Source of the DNA: Cetobacterium ceti
GTDB lineage: Bacteria > Fusobacteriota > Fusobacteriia > Fusobacteriales > Fusobacteriaceae
Direction: 5' to 3'
Assembly: GCF_900167275.1 (NCBI RefSeq)
Contig: NZ_FUWX01000014.1
Span: 1-64,000, forward strand
Length of the DNA: 64,000 nucleotides
A program made the position numbers and the translations under genes. Shown here in pieces: positions 58,176 to 64,000 of the stretch. Each line of letters starts with the position of its first letter. Positions within the stretch are counted from its first letter, which is position 1. Under the pieces are notes generated by a model. That model searched no databases, had not been told where the DNA came from, and saw only the letters and a list, made by a program, of their open reading frames with translations.

Positions 58176-59258
58176 GTGAATATATTTAAAAAAATGGAAG
58201 AATTTAACTATGAACAACTTGTTTATTTTTATGATTCTGAAACTGAATTAAAAGGTATTACCTGTATTCATAATACTACTTTAGGACCTGCATTAGGAGG
58301 AACAAGACTTTGGAATTATAATTCTGAAGAAGATGCTGTTGAAGATGTTATAAGATTAGCTCGTGGAATGACATATAAAGCCGCTTGTGCTGGATTAAAT
58401 TTAGGTGGTGGAAAAACTGTTTTAATTGGAGATGCTAAAAAAATAAAATCAGAAAGTTATTTTAGAGGATTAGGAAGATATGTTCAATCGCTAAATGGAA
58501 GATATATTACCGCTGAAGATGTAAATACAAGTACTAAGGATATGGCCTACGTTGCTATGGAAACTGATTATGTTGTTGGTTTAGGAGGTAAAAGTGGGAA
58601 TCCTTCTCCAGTAACTGCTTATGGAGCTTTTATGGGAATTAAAGCTGCTTTAATGAAAAAATTCGAAGACTCTTCCATTGAAGGAAGAACATTTGCCGTA
58701 CAAGGAGCTGGACAAACTGGTTATTATTTAATCGATTATTTATTGGGTAATAATAAATTCAAAGAAAAAGCGAAAAAAATTTATTTTACAGAAATTAATG
58801 AGTCTTATATTGAGAGAATGAATAAAGAACACCCTGAAGTTGAATTTATTAGTCCAGATAAAATTTATTCTCTTGAAGTTGATGTATTTGTTCCTTGCGC
58901 TCTTGGAAAAATTGTTAATGATAAAACTATTGATGAGTTTAAATGTCCAATTATTGCTGGTACTGCAAATAATGTACTAGAAAGAGAAGCTCATGGAAAT
59001 ATGCTAAAGGAGCGAGGAATATTATATGCTCCTGATTATGTTATAAATGCTGGTGGTCTTATAAATGTTTATCATGAGTTAAATGGCTATAACAAGGAAA
59101 ATGCAATACTCGAGGTAGAACTTATATATGACAGACTTTTAGAAATTTTTAATATTGCTGACTCTTTAAATATTTCAACTAATATTGCTGCTAATGAATT
59201 TGCAGAAAAAAGAATAAAGCAAATTAAATCTCTAAAAAATAATTTTATAAAAAGATAG
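58176..59258 (+). CDS. Leucine (branched-chain amino acid) dehydrogenase
   Basis: GTG start 6 nt after aaggagg. The N-terminus 'MNIFKKMEEFNYEQLVYFYD' aligns with Bacillus LeuDH 'MEIFKYMEKYDYEQLVFCQD'. 'GLNLGGGKTVLIGD' and 'VQGAGQTGYYL' (Rossmann) are present. Confidence 0.85.
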   Translation: MNIFKKMEEFNYEQLVYFYDSETELKGITCIHNTTLGPALGGTRLWNYNSEEDAVEDVIRLARGMTYKAACAGLNLGGGKTVLIGDAKKIKSESYFRGLGRYVQSLNGRYITAEDVNTSTKDMAYVAMETDYVVGLGGKSGNPSPVTAYGAFMGIKAALMKKFEDSSIEGRTFAVQGAGQTGYYLIDYLLGNNKFKEKAKKIYFTEINESYIERMNKEHPEVEFISPDKIYSLEVDVFVPCALGKIVNDKTIDEFKCPIIAGTANNVLEREAHGNMLKERGILYAPDYVINAGGLINVYHELNGYNKENAILEVELIYDRLLEIFNIADSLNISTNIAANEFAEKRIKQIKSLKNNFIKR

Positions 59259-59269
59259 GACTGATAGAT

Positions 59270-60166
59270 TTGAAAACATTTGAGGAAATTTTAGAAAAAA
59301 GTAAAAATGAAGAAAGTATCAAACCAACTTTAGTTGTGGCTTGTGCTGATGACCTTCATGTTTTAGAAGCGGTTAATAAAGCATATCTAGAAAAAATGAT
59401 AAATGTTATTTTAGTAGGAGATCAATTTAAAATTGAAAAAATTTGTAAAGAAAATAATATTGACTTTAAAGACTTTAAAATATTAAATTCTCTAGATAAA
59501 AAAGAATCCTGTGATTTAGCAATTAAAACTCTTAAATCTGAAGGGGATATTTTAATGAAAGGTCTTGTTGACTCTTCTATTATTTTAAAAAGTGTTTTAA
59601 ATAAAGAATCTGGAATAAAACCCCATGGGAATATTTTATCTCATGTAGGTTTAGTAGAATTAGATACTTATGATAAATTTTTATTTATAACAGACGGTGC
59701 AATGAATATTGCACCTAATTTAGAAGAAAAAATTGAAATTATTAAAAATGCTGTTTATTTAGCGGAAAAATTAAATATTTCTAATCCTAAAGTTGCAGTC
59801 TTAGCAGCTAAGGAGAAAGTAGATGATAAAATGCCTATAACAAAAATTGCTCAAAGATTAGAAGAATTAAATTCTTTGGATGAAATTAAAGATTGTATGA
59901 TACAGGGACCTCTTGCTTTAGATAATGCAATTTCTAAAGAATCTGTAATTATAAAAGGAATAACTGGTCCTGTAGCAGGAAATGCTGATATATTATTAGT
60001 TCCTGAAATTGAATCTGGTAATATTTTATATAAATCTTTAATTTATTTTTCTAAGGCTAAGGCAGCAGGAATTATTTTAGGAGCAGATTACCCTATCGTA
60101 TTAACATCTAGAGCTGATTCCTTTGAAAATAAATTTCTTTCCATAGCCTTAAGTACTATTTTATAG
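59270..60166 (+). CDS. ptb: Phosphate butyryltransferase (phosphotransacylase)
   Basis: TTG start. It aligns along its length with clostridial Ptb ('LEAVNKA...ILVGD', 'MKGLVDSSIILKSVLNKESG', 'VLTSRADS'). Confidence 0.85.
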   Translation: MKTFEEILEKSKNEESIKPTLVVACADDLHVLEAVNKAYLEKMINVILVGDQFKIEKICKENNIDFKDFKILNSLDKKESCDLAIKTLKSEGDILMKGLVDSSIILKSVLNKESGIKPHGNILSHVGLVELDTYDKFLFITDGAMNIAPNLEEKIEIIKNAVYLAEKLNISNPKVAVLAAKEKVDDKMPITKIAQRLEELNSLDEIKDCMIQGPLALDNAISKESVIIKGITGPVAGNADILLVPEIESGNILYKSLIYFSKAKAAGIILGADYPIVLTSRADSFENKFLSIALSTIL

Positions 60167-60175
60167 GAGGATACA

Positions 60176-60391
60176 TTGGGTAAAGGTATAGTAAGTTTTA
60201 AAGAAGAAAGGTGTAAAGGTTGTCAACTCTGTGTAAAATTTTGTCCTGTTCATATTATTGCATTAAATAAAAATAAAGTTAATGATAAAGGTTATACTCC
60301 TGCAGGTATTTTAAATATGGATAAATGTATTGCTTGTAAAAATTGTGAAACTATTTGTCCAGATCTAGTAATTTCTGTGGAAAAAATTTAA
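60176..60391 (+). CDS. 2x[4Fe-4S] ferredoxin, δ subunit of 2-oxoacid:ferredoxin oxidoreductase
   Basis: 'CKGCQLCVKFCP' and 'CIACKNCETICP', two CxxCxxCxxxCP motifs. Confidence 0.75.
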   Translation: MGKGIVSFKEERCKGCQLCVKFCPVHIIALNKNKVNDKGYTPAGILNMDKCIACKNCETICPDLVISVEKI

Positions 60392-60403
60392 GGGGGTTTC
60401 TCT

Positions 60404-61474
60404 ATGGAAAAAATTTTTATTAAAGGAAATGAGGCTATTGGTTTAGCTGCTATTAAAGCTGGATGTAAAGGTTTTTTTGGTTATCCAATAACTCCTCAAA
60501 ATGAAGTTCCTGAATATTTATCTAGAGAACTTCCTCTAAATGGCGGAGTATTTATTCAAGCAGAATCAGAAATAGCTGCTATAAATATGGTTTATGGTGC
60601 TGGAGGTTGTGGAGCTAGAGTTATGACTTCCTCTTCATCTCCAGGAATTGCTTTAAAACAAGAAGGAATATCCTATTTATGCGGAGCTGAAGTTCCTTGT
60701 TTAATAGTAAGTGTTATGAGAGGAGGTCCTGGATTAGGTGGAATTCAACCATCTCAAGCAGACTATTTTCAAGCAACTAGGGGAGGAGGAAATGGAGATT
60801 ACTATCACCCTATTTACGCTCCTGCAACAGTTCAAGAAACTATGGAATTAATTTATGAAGCTTTTGATGTAGCCGATATTTATAAAATTCCTACTATGGT
60901 TTTATTAGATGGGGTTATTGCTCAAGTTATGGAACCTGTTATTCTTCCAGAATATATTCCACGAAAAGATCTTCCTAAAAATAAAGATTGGGCAACTACA
61001 GGAACAAAAGGAAAACGAAAACCAAATATTATTAACTCTTTATTTCTAAATCCAAATGATTTAGAAGAACATTGTAATAAATTAGATTCGAAATATAAAA
61101 AAATAATTGAAAATGAGATTAAATGGGAAACTTTTAATTGTGAAAATTCTGAAATTTTATTAGTTGCCTATGGTACCACAAGTAACATTTGTAAAAATGC
61201 CATTGAATTATTAAAAAAAGAAGCCATTGATGTAGGACTTTTTAGACCAATTTCCATATGGCCTTTCCCTAAAGAACAAATTCATGAGATAGCAAAAAAT
61301 AAAAAATTTATTTTAACTGTTGAAATGAGCAAAGGGCAAATGATAGAAGACGTTAAACTTTCTATTAATGGAATTACACCTGTTTATTTTTTTGGCCGTA
61401 CAGGAGGAATTATCCCTACTGAAGAGGAAATCGTTCAAGAAATAAAAAGATTGTTGCAGGGAGGTAATTTATGA
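60404..61474 (+). CDS. 2-oxoacid (2-ketoisovalerate-type):ferredoxin oxidoreductase α subunit
   Basis: 'GYPITPQNEV...IQAESEIAAINMVYGAGGCGARVMTSSSSPG' is the KOR/VOR α signature. Confidence 0.85.
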   Translation: MEKIFIKGNEAIGLAAIKAGCKGFFGYPITPQNEVPEYLSRELPLNGGVFIQAESEIAAINMVYGAGGCGARVMTSSSSPGIALKQEGISYLCGAEVPCLIVSVMRGGPGLGGIQPSQADYFQATRGGGNGDYYHPIYAPATVQETMELIYEAFDVADIYKIPTMVLLDGVIAQVMEPVILPEYIPRKDLPKNKDWATTGTKGKRKPNIINSLFLNPNDLEEHCNKLDSKYKKIIENEIKWETFNCENSEILLVAYGTTSNICKNAIELLKKEAIDVGLFRPISIWPFPKEQIHEIAKNKKFILTVEMSKGQMIEDVKLSINGITPVYFFGRTGGIIPTEEEIVQEIKRLLQGGNL

Positions 61475-62196
61475 AAGGATTAACCGATTTACAAACTCAT
61501 TATTGTCCTGGTTGTCCTCACGGAATTATTCATAAATTAGTTGGTGAGGTTTTAGAAGAATTAAACGTTTTAGATAATACCATTGGAGTTGCACCTGTTG
61601 GTTGTTCTGTTCTTGCATATAAATATTTCAATTGTGATATGCAAGAAGCTTCTCATGGACGTGCTCCTGCCGTAGCAACTGGAATTAAAAGGTTAAATCC
61701 TCAAAATACAGTTTTTACTTATCAGGGGGATGGTGATCTTGCATCAATTGGAATTGCTGAAATTATTCATAGTGCTGCAAGAGGCGAAAACTTCACAACA
61801 ATTTTTGTAAATAATGGAATTTATGGAATGACTGGTGGCCAAATGGCTCCTACAACTATGATTGGACAAAAGACTACTACATCACAAAATGGACGAAATG
61901 AAAATATCCAAGGATATCCTATTAAAATGTCTGAACTTTTAAGTACATTAGAAGCTCCCATTTATATAGAACGAGTTTCCACTCACGATCCTGCAAATGT
62001 TCGAAAAGCTAAAAATGCTATCAAAAAAGCTTTTCAGATTCAACTTGAAAATAAAGGATTTACTTTTATAGAAGTTTTATCATCTTGTCCTACTAATTGG
62101 GGAATGAATCCTGGTGATGCTCTAGATTGGATAAAAACAAATATGATTTCCTACTATCCACTAGGAATTTTTAAAAATAAAGAGGTGGATAAATAA
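61471..62196 (+). CDS. 2-oxoacid:ferredoxin oxidoreductase β subunit (TPP-binding)
   Basis: 'HYCPGCPHG' and 'GDGDLASIG' form the TPP motif. The start overlaps the α-subunit stop (ATGA). Confidence 0.85.
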   Translation: MKGLTDLQTHYCPGCPHGIIHKLVGEVLEELNVLDNTIGVAPVGCSVLAYKYFNCDMQEASHGRAPAVATGIKRLNPQNTVFTYQGDGDLASIGIAEIIHSAARGENFTTIFVNNGIYGMTGGQMAPTTMIGQKTTTSQNGRNENIQGYPIKMSELLSTLEAPIYIERVSTHDPANVRKAKNAIKKAFQIQLENKGFTFIEVLSSCPTNWGMNPGDALDWIKTNMISYYPLGIFKNKEVDK

Positions 62197-62744
62197 TGAG
62201 AGAAAATATTATTTGTGCAGGTTTTGGTGGACAAGGAATTATGTCTTTAGGAAAAGTTCTAGCTTATGGAGGAATGTTAGAAAATAAACATGTATCTTGG
62301 CTTCCTTCCTATGGAGCTGAAATGAGAGGTGGTACCGCTAATTGTTCTGTTATTGTTTCAGATTCTCCCATTGGTTCTCCTATAATAACAAAAAATGGAA
62401 CTGTTGCAATTGTTATGAATAAACCATCTTTGTATAAATTCCAAGAATTATTACAAAATAATGGAATTCTTTTTATAAATTCATCTTTAATAGAAGAAAA
62501 AACTAATAGAAAAGATTTAGATGCTTATTATATTCCAGCAACAGATATTTCTCTTCAAATATGTGGAGATATTAAATTTGCAAATATGGTAATGCTTGGA
62601 GCTTTTTTAGCTGTTACTTCTCTTTTAAAAGATGATTTATCGGATAGTTTAAATAAAATATTTTCAGGAAGTAAAATAAAATATTTACCTTTAAATTTAA
62701 AAGCAATCGAAGAGGGTAAAAACTATATAAAAAATTATTATTAA
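62196..62744 (+). CDS. 2-oxoacid:ferredoxin oxidoreductase γ subunit
   Basis: 'ICAGFGGQGIMSLGKVLAY...EMRGGTANCSVIVSD' is the γ-subunit signature. The start overlaps the β-subunit stop. Confidence 0.85.
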   Translation: MRENIICAGFGGQGIMSLGKVLAYGGMLENKHVSWLPSYGAEMRGGTANCSVIVSDSPIGSPIITKNGTVAIVMNKPSLYKFQELLQNNGILFINSSLIEEKTNRKDLDAYYIPATDISLQICGDIKFANMVMLGAFLAVTSLLKDDLSDSLNKIFSGSKIKYLPLNLKAIEEGKNYIKNYY

Positions 62745-62748
62745 ACAA

Positions 62749-62790
62749 AAAGCTCTTTTCTAATTATTTTTAGAAAAGAGCTTTATTTTT
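62749..62790. terminator. Bidirectional rho-independent terminator (agctcttttcta...tagaaaagagct)
   Basis: 12-bp inverted repeat followed by a T-run; it lies between the convergent VOR-γ and zupT genes. Confidence 0.65.
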
Positions 62791-63602
62791 TAAATAAATA
62801 AAAGTAAACTCAAGGCCATTACAACCATTCCTCCTATTAAACCATATACTGTCAGATGATGTTCTCCATAATTTTCTGCTGCTGGTAATAGTTCATCAAA
62901 AGATATGAATACCATAATTCCACCAACTCCAGCAAAAATAATTCCAAAAACAGTTTCACTCATAAATGGCAACAAAATTAAATATCCTATAATAGCTCCA
63001 ACTGGTTCTGCTAACCCAGAAAGAAAAGAATAAATAAATGCTTTCTTTTTACTTCCAGTAGCAAAATATAATGGTACCGATACTGCTATTCCCTCTGGTA
63101 TATTATGAATTGCTATAGCTATAGCTATTGAAATTCCCAAAGTTGGATTATCCACAGCAGATATAAATGTTGCTAATCCTTCTGGAAAGTTATGAATTGC
63201 TATGGCTATAGCTGAAAATACTCCCATTCTATATAAAGATTTCATATCTTTCATTCTTTCTTTTGGTACATTATTCATCTCTTCTACTTCTCTTATTTCA
63301 TGTGGATTATCAATATCTGGAACAAATTTATCAATTATAGCTATAAATAACATTCCTCCAAAGAATGATAATACAGTTATCCAATTACCTTTTACAATTC
63401 CCATAGCACTAACTAATGAGTCTCTTGCTTTAACTATAATTTCAACAAAAGATACATAAATCATTACCCCTGCTGAAAATCCTAAAGCTACAGATAAAAA
63501 TTTTGTATTAGTTTTTTTTGTAAAAAATGCTAAACAACTTCCAACTCCTGTTGCTAATCCTGCAAATAGGGTTAATAAAAAAGCAAATAATATATTGTTC
63601 AT
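62790..63602 (-). CDS. zupT: ZIP-family zinc transporter
   Basis: 'AIAIHNFPEGLA' and 'AIAIHNIPEGIAV' are the duplicated ZupT metal-binding motifs. 8 TM. Confidence 0.85.
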   Translation of the reverse strand: MNNILFAFLLTLFAGLATGVGSCLAFFTKKTNTKFLSVALGFSAGVMIYVSFVEIIVKARDSLVSAMGIVKGNWITVLSFFGGMLFIAIIDKFVPDIDNPHEIREVEEMNNVPKERMKDMKSLYRMGVFSAIAIAIHNFPEGLATFISAVDNPTLGISIAIAIAIHNIPEGIAVSVPLYFATGSKKKAFIYSFLSGLAEPVGAIIGYLILLPFMSETVFGIIFAGVGGIMVFISFDELLPAAENYGEHHLTVYGLIGGMVVMALSLLLFI

Positions 63603-63799
63603 AATTTCCTCCCCTAATTTAAATATAAATGTTTATTTTTTTATATTTTCTATTTTTTTTCTTATATCCTCTTTTATAATTAGTTCAAAAAATATCAGTT
63701 TTTGAGTTAATATTTCTATTTTTGGTGAAATTTTCTATTTTCTATTTTTTTTTATGATAAACTCCTAGTATAAAATAAATAAATGATTTTGGAGGCACT

Positions 63800-64000
63800 A
63801 TGAAAAAAATAATATTCGTAATTTTAACAATGCTAGTATTTATGACTGGATGTAGTAGCTTTAATACTGTAATTAAAAAAAGAAATTTAGCTACTGAAAC
63901 TAAAATGTCTGAGACAGTTTGGTTAAATCCTGAATTAATTGGAAATAAGACTATATTCGTTCAAATAAAAAATACATCTACGAAGCCAGTAAATATTGAC
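63800..64000 (+). CDS. traT: TraT-like complement-resistance / surface-exclusion lipoprotein (3' end truncated by the window edge)
   Basis: RBS ggagg. Lipobox 'FMTGCSS'. 'VIKKRNLATETKMSETVWLNPE...TIFVQIKNTSTKPV' closely parallels F-plasmid TraT '[21 protein letters not shown]...TVFLQIKNTSDKDM'. Confidence 0.75.
   Translation, partial: MKKIIFVILTMLVFMTGCSSFNTVIKKRNLATETKMSETVWLNPELIGNKTIFVQIKNTSTKPVNID

Noticed and set aside
1-64000. CRISPR arrays, IS elements or transposases, integrases, and tRNA/rRNA genes.
   Set aside because: I scanned for regularly spaced direct repeats, DDE-transposase-like ORFs, tyrosine-recombinase motifs and tRNA-like cloverleaf regions and found none. The only mobile-element-associated signal is the partial traT at the 3' edge.

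Overview
This is a very AT-rich (roughly 70%+ A+T by eye) stretch of chromosome from a Gram-negative anaerobe, most plausibly a Fusobacterium / Fusobacteriaceae member. The evidence is the codon usage, the outer-membrane proteins ending in a C-terminal Phe, and the presence of buk-ptb, 2-oxoacid:ferredoxin oxidoreductase, glutaminase and Tsx. Most of the window is ordinary metabolic and transport genes:
- a SulP permease fragment, two AGCS Na+/alanine-family symporters and several APC amino-acid permeases;
- eda-kdgK, glsA, an SPFH/NfeD pair, an OYE flavoenzyme, a two-component system, two tandem PL8 glycosaminoglycan lyases, a LUD-LUD-flavodoxin set and PuuD;
- a leucine-dehydrogenase / ptb / ferredoxin / VOR-αβγ operon with a divergent buk, zupT, and a partial traT at the window edge.

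The standout region is about 22.4-32.5 kb. It is a seven-gene plus-strand operon that reads as a chaperone-usher pilus system of the archaic (Csu / spore-coat-protein-U-like) type: PapD-like chaperone, SCPU-like major pilin, second paralogous chaperone, about 885-aa usher, two minor subunits and a 1326-aa giant tip/adhesin subunit. All four subunits end in the same 'G-x-Y-x-G/D-x-h-x-h-x-h' C-terminal motif. The operon is divergently flanked by an unusually large AraC-family regulator and an RpoD-like 275-aa alternative sigma-70 factor. I am not aware of a characterised chaperone-usher pilus in Fusobacteriota, so this is the candidate undescribed system. A TonB-dependent receptor followed by a 1023-aa autotransporter is a second surface-exposed accessory pair. 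No CRISPR arrays, transposases, integrases, tRNA or rRNA genes were seen. All homology statements come from recognising motifs by eye, not from database searches.
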